Below are positions 18,424 to 28,253 of a stretch of 64,000 bases of DNA, piece after piece. Where the stretch lies: assembly GCA_030424715.1 (NCBI GenBank), contig JAUHWH010000003.1:260148-324147 (forward strand), read 5' to 3'. The translations under genes and the position numbers were made by a program. Position 1 is the stretch's first letter. Each line of letters starts with the position of its first letter. Source of the stretch: Bdellovibrionia bacterium. GTDB lineage: Bacteria > Bdellovibrionota > Bdellovibrionia > Bdellovibrionales > JAGQZY01. The notes under the pieces were generated by a model. It did no database searches and was not told the origin of the DNA. It was given only the letters and a program-made list of their open reading frames with translations.

Positions 18424-19323
18424 TCAATAGTAAATTTGGGGGTAGAACAGGAAGAACATGGCGACGAAAAAGGACAGGAGAGCGAGCCAGAGATAACGAG
18501 TGGGCCATATCTTTAACCAAATGCACTCCGCGAAAGTGGACATCACTGGGTCCGTCAAAACAATAGAAGTCACCGTGGCGAGCTTACCCACCTTCACCGC
18601 CTGCATATAGAGGACCAACGACAAAAAAGTTCCGAAAAAACTGGCGACAACAGCCACCCCTCTCTCTTTGACACTCAACCTTCGCAGCCCCGCGATAAAT
18701 CCCATTTTCACAAAAGGCACGTAAATCACGAAGCTCAAGAGTGCGGCGAGAGTTCTCAAGTACTGAGCGTCGAAGCCAGTGGCCTCGGGGTTCATCTGAA
18801 ACGCGTAACGGGTCAACAGAACACCAACACTATCTAAAAACACACCAGCAAAGGCAAAGACCAGCCCTGCGATCTCCCAACGGCCAGAAGCTTTAAAACG
18901 CTCGTAACTGAATAAGAAAAGACAAATCACGAAAAAGAAAATGGCAATCAATTGAATGGGGTAAATCTGCTCGTTCCAAAAAAAGTAAGAAAAAGAACCT
19001 ACCAAAAAAGGCTGAAAACCGAAAAGAACCAAAGTTCGCGCTGACCCCATACGCTTGTAAGCCGAAAGCAAGAGCCAATCCCCCACATTCAAGCCGATAA
19101 AGCCGCTGACATAGAACGGCCACGCCAAAGACCAGCTCCAATAGAACTCACCTTTTAAAAAGAAAAATATCGGCAAACAAACGGCAAACGAAACCACGCA
19201 TTTCAGGAGATTCATCCAAAGGGGCGATACCTTTTGCGAGAAGTAAGTAAAACCAATGGCCGCGGTGGAAAATGTCAGCACCGAAGAGAAAGCATAAAAA
19301 TAGGCGGTGGTGTCGCTGGTCAT
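18424..19323 (-). CDS. EamA/DMT-family transporter
   Basis: About 10 hydrophobic segments in two similar halves and 299 aa, which is typical of the drug/metabolite transporter architecture. Confidence 0.75.
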   Translation of the reverse strand: MTSDTTAYFYAFSSVLTFSTAAIGFTYFSQKVSPLWMNLLKCVVSFAVCLPIFFFLKGEFYWSWSLAWPFYVSGFIGLNVGDWLLLSAYKRMGSARTLVLFGFQPFLVGSFSYFFWNEQIYPIQLIAIFFFVICLFLFSYERFKASGRWEIAGLVFAFAGVFLDSVGVLLTRYAFQMNPEATGFDAQYLRTLAALLSFVIYVPFVKMGFIAGLRRLSVKERGVAVVASFFGTFLSLVLYMQAVKVGKLATVTSIVLTDPVMSTFAECIWLKIWPTRYLWLALLSFFVAMFFLFYPQIYY

Positions 19324-19518
19324 TGGGGGAAGTGTCTCCTCAGGGGCCTGTCATGACTCCGTTAGGGAGTCTCACCGGTCACACTCGTCGTGAGCTGAGC
19401 TTTTAACCCCATCTGCAGGACGGCACAACTCAAACTGACGATTGTGAAAAAAAAAGACCCTAAAACCCCAATCCCACCGATCCAAAAAGAAGAGCCCGCT
19501 GGGCGGCGCATAGCAACC

Positions 19519-20439
19519 CTAGAAACGTATAAAAGACAACAGGCTCAGCTCTGTGTTTCGGCTGCGAAACTCCGCAAACTCAGCCAGGTCATCACGCCGA
19601 TCTGGATGAAACCCACTATACTCGATGCGGTCTCGAAAGCTGACAATGAAATTTAAATTGCGGCTGTAAGTGTATCGCAGGGAGGGCCCGATCATCGCCG
19701 AGATCTCGTGCATACGTCCGTTGCGCTGGCGACTGGTGCTGTAGTCACTACCGTTAAAAAACTCGTCACGAATCAATGCGGAACCACCTAAGCTCAGATT
19801 ACGAGACACACGATACCACAGCGACACCCAGTTCTCCATTCGAGCCATTTTTGTATTGCTGGGGCCACCATTCTGTTGTCGCTCGCAGTTGTCATCCGTG
19901 TGAGAGCCGACATAGGTTGAGGCCGATTGATGATAAAAGTTAATATCATTGCGAAACTCACCCAGCAGACGTTTGGTAAAAAAACGAGTGATGATGGTGT
20001 TGGAGCGATACCGAGCGATCATATTTTTATCGCGACTGCTGCGGCTCACCGGAAAAAAGATCCGGCCACTCCAAAACACATCGGCGATCCCCGGCAACAA
20101 GCCCACATTGTAGTGATTGTACTCCACAAACGGATCAGCAAACTCTGAGTTTTGAGTCTGCCCACAGGTTCCGTTGAAACGGTCATAACCGTTGGTGTTG
20201 GCCACAAAGGCCATCTTGAGTGCCAGGCGCTGCTCACGATCGATCCGATAATTGGGTCCAATAAAATTATACGAATTCAGCATTCCACCACTGTGAATTT
20301 GATCACTCTCCGACGAGATCAATGAAAAGGCGGAGACGTCCCAAGGAGAATAGGCCGTGTTCACTCGCTCTTGAATGGTCTGGGCCTGCACATATCCACA
20401 AGAGAAAATGAAACATAAAAATATTGTAACAAAGCTCAT
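19519..20439 (-). CDS. outer-membrane beta-barrel protein (unknown family)
   Basis: Signal peptide ending VQAQT, alternating amphipathic strands, and a C-terminal ...LSLLSFIRF. The ATG at 20439 overlaps the upstream stop (TGATG), with GAGGTGA upstream. Confidence 0.75.
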   Translation of the reverse strand: MSFVTIFLCFIFSCGYVQAQTIQERVNTAYSPWDVSAFSLISSESDQIHSGGMLNSYNFIGPNYRIDREQRLALKMAFVANTNGYDRFNGTCGQTQNSEFADPFVEYNHYNVGLLPGIADVFWSGRIFFPVSRSSRDKNMIARYRSNTIITRFFTKRLLGEFRNDINFYHQSASTYVGSHTDDNCERQQNGGPSNTKMARMENWVSLWYRVSRNLSLGGSALIRDEFFNGSDYSTSRQRNGRMHEISAMIGPSLRYTYSRNLNFIVSFRDRIEYSGFHPDRRDDLAEFAEFRSRNTELSLLSFIRF

Positions 20440-21515
20440 CACTTCACCTCACTGGGCAAAATATCGGCGGCCAACGGCCAGTGGTCAGAAACTCCGCGCT
20501 GAGAAAGACCATCATTGAAACGAGCCGGGCCGCCCCAGTGATTGACCTGCAACACACTGTTGTTCGGGATGCGGATGCTCTTGGTATCCACGAACCAACC
20601 GTCCCCAAAGTTTTTTGAAAATAAAATCATATCGAGAAAGGACCAGCCACCGCGATAGTTGTGAGTGCCCAAACACTTTTCACAACCAATACGGTGGGAC
20701 ACTCGCCAAGATTTTGCGAGCTCGTTGACAAGACCCTCTCGGACGTCTTCTTCTGTTGAGATATTAAAGTCTCCGGTCGCTATAACATATTCTGACTTCG
20801 GCAGCTTCGCTCGCACTTGCTCGAGCACAGCTATGGCTTTACGACGGGCCGGAGTTGGCGCTCCCTGAGAGGGAAAGTGTACCCCAAGCACGGTCAGTTT
20901 GTCGCCATTCGGGAGCCCAAAGCGAGCCTGCAAGATGCCGCGAGTGGGTCGAGCCTTCTTCGTGGGATCAACCAATCCTGTTTTACGATCGTAGTAGTCC
21001 AGCTTCACTTCATTGAGCTTGGGAGTGTCCACTAAGGGCAATTTGGAGAGCATGGCAACATCTATACCGCGAGCGTCGGGCCCTTCAATCAAAATGGCGG
21101 GGTGATAGCCGAGACCGGCCAAATGGTTCAAACGAAGACGCTCAAGAATATTCAGATTCTCAACCTCTTGTAACACCAAAACATCGGGGCCCTTTCCCTG
21201 CTTGACCTGCTTGATCACTTTGGCCAAGCGACCCAGCTTGCGCTTGATTTTACTTTCGGACCAATCGGTTTCTAGACACTGTTTCCGCCACCAGGGCTTG
21301 AGCACCTTGCCGCATTTTTGACGATGCTTTGCCGTTCGCTTATCAGCGATTGGTAAATAAGTTTCGTCGTCTTTGCCAGGGTCGTCGAGAGAGTCGAAGA
21401 GGTTTTCTACATTGTAAGTCATCACCGTAAGTGCTTTGGGTCGTGGACGATGCTCTTCATTGGAAACGCAGCTTGATAGAATCAGTATTGATAAAAGGCT
21501 GAGAATCAGTTTCAT
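20439..21515 (-). CDS. endonuclease/exonuclease/phosphatase (EEP) family lipoprotein
   Basis: Lipobox LILSSC. EEP motifs are TYNVENL, VLVLQEVEN, ATGDFN and a C-terminal SDHWPL. I chose the ATG at 21515 (ATGA overlap with the upstream stop, GGAGG 8 nt upstream). Confidence 0.85.
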   Translation of the reverse strand: MKLILSLLSILILSSCVSNEEHRPRPKALTVMTYNVENLFDSLDDPGKDDETYLPIADKRTAKHRQKCGKVLKPWWRKQCLETDWSESKIKRKLGRLAKVIKQVKQGKGPDVLVLQEVENLNILERLRLNHLAGLGYHPAILIEGPDARGIDVAMLSKLPLVDTPKLNEVKLDYYDRKTGLVDPTKKARPTRGILQARFGLPNGDKLTVLGVHFPSQGAPTPARRKAIAVLEQVRAKLPKSEYVIATGDFNISTEEDVREGLVNELAKSWRVSHRIGCEKCLGTHNYRGGWSFLDMILFSKNFGDGWFVDTKSIRIPNNSVLQVNHWGGPARFNDGLSQRGVSDHWPLAADILPSEVK

Positions 21516-22936
21516 TGGACAGCCTCCACCCACTGCACTCGCGTCACCGTGATCGTATCTTTGAAGTCCGCTAATAGAGCGGTGAGACTTTCAAGGCTCA
21601 GGCCCGCTTGTTCAGCAACTATTTCTGAGAAAATAGGATCTCTGTCAAAGTCGGCTTTTCCTCTTCGGGTCACACTCAAGATCTTCACTTGCAGACTACT
21701 GTCGACCTGATATTTGCCCTCGGTGTTCTGAAAGGCTAGGTTAACCGTGTTGCCGATCACGTAACAATTTAAGTCTCCAGAGCGTAGGAAGCTCGTGACC
21801 TTTTGCTGATCGATCGACTGTTGAATCTGGTTCTGCAATTCCAGATCGACCCTTATCTCGCCCCATGGGCTTTTACACTCAGAGGCCTGAGTACCCACAC
21901 CCTTAAAGACGGTGACCGGTGTCAGCTTCGCGCCCACGATCGGCTCACTGGATTCAATGTAAGAGAGAGTTACAAAATCAGCCAAAGGCTCCTCGTTAAG
22001 ATAACTAAGGAGGGTGGCAGGCTCGATCAAGGCTCCTGCTGCCGCCTCAGCCACCAAAGCTTTGTTCTTTATGAAGTCTTGTCGATTGAACATTTCCAGT
22101 CCTAAAACTTTGAAGTGCTCCCCGGTACTCGTGAACTCTTTCGCATCGACTGAGGATTGAATCTTTAACTCAACGGTGGACTTTGTTGAAACTTGCAAAC
22201 AGTGACGCGTTTTTTTACCCACAACAGTTCGGATTGAGGCCAGATCGGCTGCCTCAGGGACTAAGGCATTGTCTAATTCAATAATATTCCAGATAGGATC
22301 ACCCTCGGCACTGCAAGAGGGTAACTTCGTTCCCTCAACCCCTTCTATGGACCCATATTTTAAACCCGAATCGATCTTCAAAGACGGACCCTTGTTATTT
22401 TGAATGGCGTCAGGATCTGCCGGCTTCAAAAAAGTGATGTTCACATTTTGCTTGGGGCGATCGTTTAAAAAAGCCCGCAATTGCGCCTCTGACATGGCCA
22501 TGTCTTGGGCCATCTTCTTAAAGAGTTTGCTATCGCCTAAAAAATCATCGGCTCTTTGGATCAATATCTTTTCGACGTGGTAGAAAACTCCAGAGTCTTT
22601 ATATTTGCCATCACCCTGGCCCGTCACAATTTGGACAGCCTCTTGATCCGAAACTTTCAAACAGTTGAAGTCGCCTTTTGCCACCACCACTTTGAGTTCA
22701 TCAAGCCGATCAAAAATAAACGACAGTTCAGGGAAGAGACGAATGGTGTTCCATGCTTTTGCATCACCCGGGCAAGTTTCAGGCATCTCTCCCTGTTTCG
22801 AGGTTTCGAGAACTTGCCCCGACTTCAATTGAACGCCGGCCGCCCCCGCCCCGCCCCCTTGGTTGATGCGCTCGTCCTCTCTTGGACCACAGGCCGCTAA
22901 CGTCAGTAATGCTAATGAGACTAAAAAGAATTTCAT
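21512..22936 (-). CDS. lipoprotein with three tandem ~130-140-aa repeat domains
   Basis: Lipobox LTLAAC and GGAGGG RBS. It is the first gene of a translationally coupled three-gene operon. The internal triplication is described in findings. Confidence 0.8.
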   Translation of the reverse strand: MKFFLVSLALLTLAACGPREDERINQGGGAGAAGVQLKSGQVLETSKQGEMPETCPGDAKAWNTIRLFPELSFIFDRLDELKVVVAKGDFNCLKVSDQEAVQIVTGQGDGKYKDSGVFYHVEKILIQRADDFLGDSKLFKKMAQDMAMSEAQLRAFLNDRPKQNVNITFLKPADPDAIQNNKGPSLKIDSGLKYGSIEGVEGTKLPSCSAEGDPIWNIIELDNALVPEAADLASIRTVVGKKTRHCLQVSTKSTVELKIQSSVDAKEFTSTGEHFKVLGLEMFNRQDFIKNKALVAEAAAGALIEPATLLSYLNEEPLADFVTLSYIESSEPIVGAKLTPVTVFKGVGTQASECKSPWGEIRVDLELQNQIQQSIDQQKVTSFLRSGDLNCYVIGNTVNLAFQNTEGKYQVDSSLQVKILSVTRRGKADFDRDPIFSEIVAEQAGLSLESLTALLADFKDTITVTRVQWVEAVQ

Positions 22937-23088
22937 GATCCCTCCCCAATGAGAGCTTGTTTTCGCTTCGCATTAGGAGGTTGTCAAGAAAGGCTTTTGA
23001 CAAGGGAAAAGCCCGTAAAGGCGTCTTAAAAAAGGCCGTGATTTCTAGAGGTTAACAAGTGCCAAAGGATCTAGCAGTGGCTCTTTTT

Positions 23089-23772
23089 CTAGAAGCTCCG
23101 TCCCAGACCAAACTGAAAGGCGCGAACTTCGTATTTCACTTTTTCATTACCCAGGGTCTCGAAAGGGCGAGTTTCGGTGATTTGATATCGAACTCCGGCG
23201 CGGATGCCCCAGACTTCGGAGAAGTCTATTTCTAATCCGGCTTCCATGTAGTACCCAAAGCCGGTCAGACCATCTTCGGTTTTGGCCCCGCCATCGTTGT
23301 TGTTGAGATCGGTCGGTCCAATATTGTGTTTGATGGTGTGGTACCCGAACAGTCCCCCACCTTCACCGTAAGGACGAAAAAACGATGTTGGGAAAATTTT
23401 AAATTTAAATCCCAAGCCCAGCTGCATATGGGTGGAGTCAAAATTGATTTCAGGAGTGACTCCTGAATTTGTATAGTTGGTTGTCCCGAGGGTGGTGTAG
23501 TCATAAAAACTTTGACCGCTGGAGTCCATATAGTTCATCGAAATAGTGATAAACAGTCCTGTTAGACCGATTTGCTTTTCTCCACCCAAATAAACGAAAG
23601 TGCCCTGATCCATTCGAAACTCTCTCGTTGGGTTGAGCACAGTGAACTCTGCCACTCCAAAACCAAAATAGCCCCCTAAGCCGCGGAAAGCCAAATTGGT
23701 ACCACCAAAGCTTTGGCTCAAAGCCTGTTGAGAGAATAGAAGCAAACTGAATATCAACAATAAAATTTTCAT
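23089..23772 (-). CDS. small outer-membrane beta-barrel protein (OmpA-barrel / OmpW-like porin class)
   Basis: Signal peptide ...SQQALSQS, Gly/aromatic-rich alternating strands, and a C-terminal FQFGLGRSF. Confidence 0.75.
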   Translation of the reverse strand: MKILLLIFSLLLFSQQALSQSFGGTNLAFRGLGGYFGFGVAEFTVLNPTREFRMDQGTFVYLGGEKQIGLTGLFITISMNYMDSSGQSFYDYTTLGTTNYTNSGVTPEINFDSTHMQLGLGFKFKIFPTSFFRPYGEGGGLFGYHTIKHNIGPTDLNNNDGGAKTEDGLTGFGYYMEAGLEIDFSEVWGIRAGVRYQITETRPFETLGNEKVKYEVRAFQFGLGRSF

Positions 23773-23783
23773 GGCACTTATCC

Positions 23784-24314
23784 TTATTTTTTTGTCCAGT
23801 GATCGGCTCGGAAATAGTAAATTCCTTTGGCATCGCTTGCCAAATTGTTTTCAAAATAACGAAGACGCATTGATTGCTTGTTTTCTTTTGTGGACAAAAC
23901 GTCTTTTTGAATGATCGAGAAAATCTTTTCACGATCCGAGTTTTCAATCTTAACCAGTTTTTCTAAAAATTTTTTTTGCTTTGCAGGGAGAGAACTTAGA
24001 CTGCGGATTTTCAACAAACCATTGTCCGCCTCCCCAATGTGGCCTTTTGATTTGAAAAGTCGAATCTTCGCAGCTCGTTTGGCTTGGCGCTGGTAAATTT
24101 TTGGCAGAACTGTCGACTGATCAAACGAGTCTTTTTTACTTTTTTGGTTTCGCAGTCTCTTATTTTTTTTGGGGCCTTCAGAATTCTTTTTAGCCTCAGC
24201 ACGTTTTGAGTCGCTCTTTTCTGCAAAAGCACACTGGCTCGCGCCAAAAACAAGGCTGAAAAAAAACATGATCTCGAGAAGAGATTTTAGCAAACACCGA
24301 CCCACTTTTAACAT
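23784..24314 (-). CDS. secreted protein, DUF1318/YdbL-like C-terminal domain (tentative)
   Basis: Has a signal peptide. The C-terminal pattern SKGHIGEADNGLL...LVKIENSDREKIF...GIYYFRADHWTKK resembles the YdbL family consensus as I recall it. Located 11 nt upstream of the barrel gene. Confidence 0.6.
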   Translation of the reverse strand: MLKVGRCLLKSLLEIMFFFSLVFGASQCAFAEKSDSKRAEAKKNSEGPKKNKRLRNQKSKKDSFDQSTVLPKIYQRQAKRAAKIRLFKSKGHIGEADNGLLKIRSLSSLPAKQKKFLEKLVKIENSDREKIFSIIQKDVLSTKENKQSMRLRYFENNLASDAKGIYYFRADHWTKK

Positions 24315-24519
24315 GCTAATATCTTAACAAGGGGATCAGTCAACTGTCATCGTGACTCGACCATAGTCAGGCCTAAAGATCAAAAATGCGGCAGCTTAAG
24401 TAAGCCTTAATTCTTTTTGAGACGAAAGCCCCTCATCGGAGGTCGAGAATTTCGCTTAAAGCGGCGAATACATTCATTAAAGCCTTAGAAAAGCCGAAAG
24501 ATTCCATAGGTACAACTAT

Positions 24520-26220
24520 ATGATAAATAGACTAAGTATTATTTTAGCAATTTTATCTTTGGGGGGTTTTCTCCCAACGCAAGGCTATGCCCAACAAGAT
24601 GTGCATTTCGGAACTATTTTTGTTGAGGATATTCAGTACGAAACTTCTGATGACAGTCAACAAATCAACCACCTTACCGATCAATCTTCCAAACAAAATC
24701 AATTGGAGACCCTCTACAAAACAGAAATTGGTGAACCCAATGCGAAGCTAAAGAAGTTCAACGCCTCCGATAGAGTCCCCGCCAGTAATACGAGCGCCAA
24801 GGATGATGAGGTCGAAAAACAGGTGGGTGTGGTTCGCAACAGTGACTTACCAAAGCAGATTATCTACTTTATCGAACTACGCTCGTTTGAGGGCAACAAT
24901 CCCATCAGCATCCGACAGTCAGCCTCACCTTCCTCAAAAAAAGTCATAGACCTGCAACCAGGCGAGATGGTGAAGATTGTGGACACCCCGTCACAGTATA
25001 TCCATAAAATGCGCATGGACAGGGACAACCAAGGCCTTTGGAAGCCTGTTCATACCAGAGAGCAAGATATTCAAAAGCCGAATCTCTACTACGACTGGAG
25101 AAACTTTACGACGATCACATCCCATGACTTCCCTATCGAGCTCGACATTATGGTTCCTTATGGTCGGAATTCTACACCCACTTTTTCAAAACCCGGCGCT
25201 TGGAGCTGGAAAGACTGTGGCCTCAGCGAAAGCCTCTGTGTCGATCAAATTGATATTCACACCAAGGCCTATCTTTTTGATGCCACTATTGTTGACGTCA
25301 GTAGCTCAGCCAATGGCAGCCAACATGAACTCTTCTACAAAATTGGCTATCAATTAAAAGATAAGGATGGCAAGCTTCAGCACCACGTGGGCTGGATTCA
25401 GTCCCGTCATGCCAAGCGCAAGATCACACAACTGCCTAAGTCTTTACTAGCCACTCGTTCCCCCGACAGCTTCGGCACCTACGAGAGTGACAACGAACGC
25501 ATGCAACGTCTGAAGAAGTACTACGTCTTCGACTCAAATATGGATTCAAAAAACCGCACCATCAACAGATGGTTGAGCTCAACTCCTGGAAAAACCACCG
25601 AAGTCTTCTTACAAAACATAGCCTTTGATGGCATGGTCAATTTTTCAAACTTCGAACTCAGCCAAGACTTTCAGTTGGCCACCGAAGGAGAGCCTTTCAG
25701 CCAACAGGGTGTTTCTATTGGTGCGGGCATTTTTGCACCTATATTTATTGATCTAGAGATCCAAGGTATGGCAACCATTATGGTTCCAATCGAAGCCAAT
25801 GAAACCGATATCTATAAGAAAACGCCGATATTTCGAGGTGAACAGTGGCTCTTATACACCACTCCAGTTTCCATCAACGGCGCTCCCTTTAAATTTGGTT
25901 TTGGGGCCTACTATATGTCTATGTTCTCCGCCCAACGAGATTTTGGCTTTAATTCACTGGTTGGTTTTCAGGCCAAAGGCCTTTTTGAAACCAAGTCTTT
26001 TTGGACAGGCTTTCGCTATGGGCCCACCGGGCAAGACTTCAATTTCCGCTTTGAAAATCGTGAAGTTGGGTTTGAGTTTGGCTATCGACTTGATCCAGCA
26101 AGGCATTACGAAAGCTGGACTATATTTGCCGACTTTTCAGACACAAACTTTAATAGCGCAACCATTGACAACTCTACAAAGTATCAACTGCTTTCAATTG
26201 GTCTGCGGAAACAGTTTTAG
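24520..26220 (+). CDS. secreted protein with a C-terminal beta-barrel-like region
   Basis: Has a signal peptide (...PTQGYAQQ). The central region has SH3-like stretches (ISIRQSASPSSKKVIDLQPGEMVKIVD). The C-terminus has amphipathic strands ending LSIGLRKQF. Confidence 0.75.
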   Translation: MINRLSIILAILSLGGFLPTQGYAQQDVHFGTIFVEDIQYETSDDSQQINHLTDQSSKQNQLETLYKTEIGEPNAKLKKFNASDRVPASNTSAKDDEVEKQVGVVRNSDLPKQIIYFIELRSFEGNNPISIRQSASPSSKKVIDLQPGEMVKIVDTPSQYIHKMRMDRDNQGLWKPVHTREQDIQKPNLYYDWRNFTTITSHDFPIELDIMVPYGRNSTPTFSKPGAWSWKDCGLSESLCVDQIDIHTKAYLFDATIVDVSSSANGSQHELFYKIGYQLKDKDGKLQHHVGWIQSRHAKRKITQLPKSLLATRSPDSFGTYESDNERMQRLKKYYVFDSNMDSKNRTINRWLSSTPGKTTEVFLQNIAFDGMVNFSNFELSQDFQLATEGEPFSQQGVSIGAGIFAPIFIDLEIQGMATIMVPIEANETDIYKKTPIFRGEQWLLYTTPVSINGAPFKFGFGAYYMSMFSAQRDFGFNSLVGFQAKGLFETKSFWTGFRYGPTGQDFNFRFENREVGFEFGYRLDPARHYESWTIFADFSDTNFNSATIDNSTKYQLLSIGLRKQF

Positions 26221-26226
26221 TTTTCT

Positions 26227-27621
26227 CTAAAAGCCAAAAAAGGCTTTGATCCGAGCAAGAATCCCACCTTTACTGCTCTTTACAGAATAACCAAGGTCAT
26301 TGATTTGTTTTTTGATGCCGGCAGTCGTGGTGTCTTCAAGGACATTCCCTTGCAGGATCACTAAGGGAGGGCTTGTGACGCCGAGATTTTGCACATAAAC
26401 CAAGTGACCATTCACCGTCTCTTCATGCTCCCGTTTTAAAAAACAGTCCCTGAAAACTTCGTAGTCCACTCCAGAGCCTTGGGCGGCGATATTGATTTTC
26501 TCTTCTAAATTTTCTTCTTTAACGTCTCCAAGTTTTTGCAAAAAAGTCCAAAAAGACTCTCCATTTTGCGCCTCAACACACATGGCAGCTTCGGCAGCCA
26601 TACGGGCCTCCCGATCACGATCTGGAAAGGAATAAATAAAGGCGCCTTGGATTTTTTCACCAAAACTATTTTTCACCTCGAGAAAGGAGGTCAACGTCGA
26701 CCCACAGTTCTCACAGCTCCAGTCCCCCACAAAAATAAGTTCCGGCCCTTGGCCCTTACCCCATTGAGGGAACTGGTCGTTCTCTGACAAGCGAGGTGCC
26801 TCGACGGACACTTTTGGCCCAGGAAACGCCACACGAATGGGCTTTTTGACTAATTCTTTAGCCACGTAGTTTTCGATTTTAGCATCACGATGGTTTTGCT
26901 TAACAATGGCCTTCAGCCTTTCAATCATGTTTTCATCCAGGTCGGATTCTGAAATCCCTTTTTGTTGAGCAAAGTCACGCACGTCTTGCTCGGTGGGATC
27001 AATGGGCTCCGACATGATGTTTTTCTTAACAAAGGCCTCCATGGCCAAATCGGCGTTTTTTGAAGCTTGCAACAGAAGACGGCGGATCACCACACCATTC
27101 AGGCGCTGCATGCGCTGTTGAAAGAGTCTTTCGTAGAGCTGGGCATGTTGAATGTTGGATCGATGGAAATCCATCCATAACAATTTTTTGTCGCCCACCT
27201 GCGCCAACACAGAGGCCTCTGTGGGCTGTTGAAAGTCTACAGTGAGGTCTTTCATAAAGTTCACATCCGCTTTGGCCAAGACCTCTTTCAAATCTTCTGG
27301 CGCCTCCATAAAGACCACTAAGGTTTTGGGCTCTTGGGACGAATCTAACTGCGCCGCCCACCCATAGGCTGTGGCCAGAGCTTTGTTTTGATAACTTGTT
27401 TGTAACTCCTGTAGAGCGACATCTTGACTTAAAAGCTGAGACCAACTGATAACCTCACCCTCTAACATGGCCGCCGCGTCCAACCCCAATTGGCTGTCGT
27501 AAACATAAGAGATCTTACTTTTATAATTCAATGTTTGATCCTGTGAGGCCTTCTCCGTGGATTTTTTCGTGCAACCCGTGACGATTAACAAACTCACTAT
27601 AATAAAACTGAAAAATGACAT
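26227..27621 (-). CDS. lipoprotein with a thioredoxin/DsbA-like CxxC domain and a SurA-N-like helical region
   Basis: Lipobox IVTGC, and WSCENCGST (CxxC) within a thioredoxin-like segment. The central region resembles chaperone / PPIase N-terminal domains (weak). Confidence 0.7.
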   Translation of the reverse strand: MSFFSFIIVSLLIVTGCTKKSTEKASQDQTLNYKSKISYVYDSQLGLDAAAMLEGEVISWSQLLSQDVALQELQTSYQNKALATAYGWAAQLDSSQEPKTLVVFMEAPEDLKEVLAKADVNFMKDLTVDFQQPTEASVLAQVGDKKLLWMDFHRSNIQHAQLYERLFQQRMQRLNGVVIRRLLLQASKNADLAMEAFVKKNIMSEPIDPTEQDVRDFAQQKGISESDLDENMIERLKAIVKQNHRDAKIENYVAKELVKKPIRVAFPGPKVSVEAPRLSENDQFPQWGKGQGPELIFVGDWSCENCGSTLTSFLEVKNSFGEKIQGAFIYSFPDRDREARMAAEAAMCVEAQNGESFWTFLQKLGDVKEENLEEKINIAAQGSGVDYEVFRDCFLKREHEETVNGHLVYVQNLGVTSPPLVILQGNVLEDTTTAGIKKQINDLGYSVKSSKGGILARIKAFFGF

Positions 27622-27743
27622 GATAAACTCCCTAGAAGACTTAATCTTAATGAGTATTTAAAATGGTGACAATCATTTATCGCGCAAAACGTCATTAATG
27701 GAATATCCTGCTCTTACCCCTGTTTTGGTCTATAATCTTTGAC

Positions 27744-28253
27744 ATGAAGTCGCTGTTGTTTTTCACCATTGCTCTCTCACTCTTCGCTTCTTGCTCTTCA
27801 AAGCCTAAAAACCCCGGGGTGATTGAATACGCCCGAACCTTTAAAGCTCCCTACGAGACCGTATGGCGAGCCACACAGCAGGCTCTACTCAACTACCCAA
27901 TGAACATTAATAACATGGACACAGGACAGCTCCAGACGCTTTATATTACCGGCAAGCATCGCTACCAAGCCCCCCACCTCGAAAAGACCGTGTTACCGAG
28001 TGGCTACCAGTATAGACTCAACATCAATATTCTGCGCGGCAAGCGGTCCGCACGAGTGATACTTGCTAAAGAGGTTCGTCTGCAAAAAAACTTTTTTGCT
28101 GAGCCACAAGAACTAACCACCGATGGCTTCGAAGAAAAAGCTCTTCTCTATCGAATTAAACGAGAAGTGCTCATTGAAAAGTTGCTAAAAAAGAAAATGG
28201 AATCGAGAAAATCTCAACCATCATCAAAAGTGAATTCGCCTAAAGTGTTTTAG
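27744..28253 (+). CDS. small lipoprotein, unknown function
   Basis: Lipobox LFASC and 169 aa. The 3' end overlaps the convergent gene by 14 nt. Confidence 0.75.
   Translation: MKSLLFFTIALSLFASCSSKPKNPGVIEYARTFKAPYETVWRATQQALLNYPMNINNMDTGQLQTLYITGKHRYQAPHLEKTVLPSGYQYRLNINILRGKRSARVILAKEVRLQKNFFAEPQELTTDGFEEKALLYRIKREVLIEKLLKKKMESRKSQPSSKVNSPKVF

Noticed and set aside
23265-23947. ORFs 23265-23504 and 23501-23947 (minus strand)
   Set aside because: They are alternative frames overlapping the OM-barrel and YdbL-like genes. They have no signal or RBS support.
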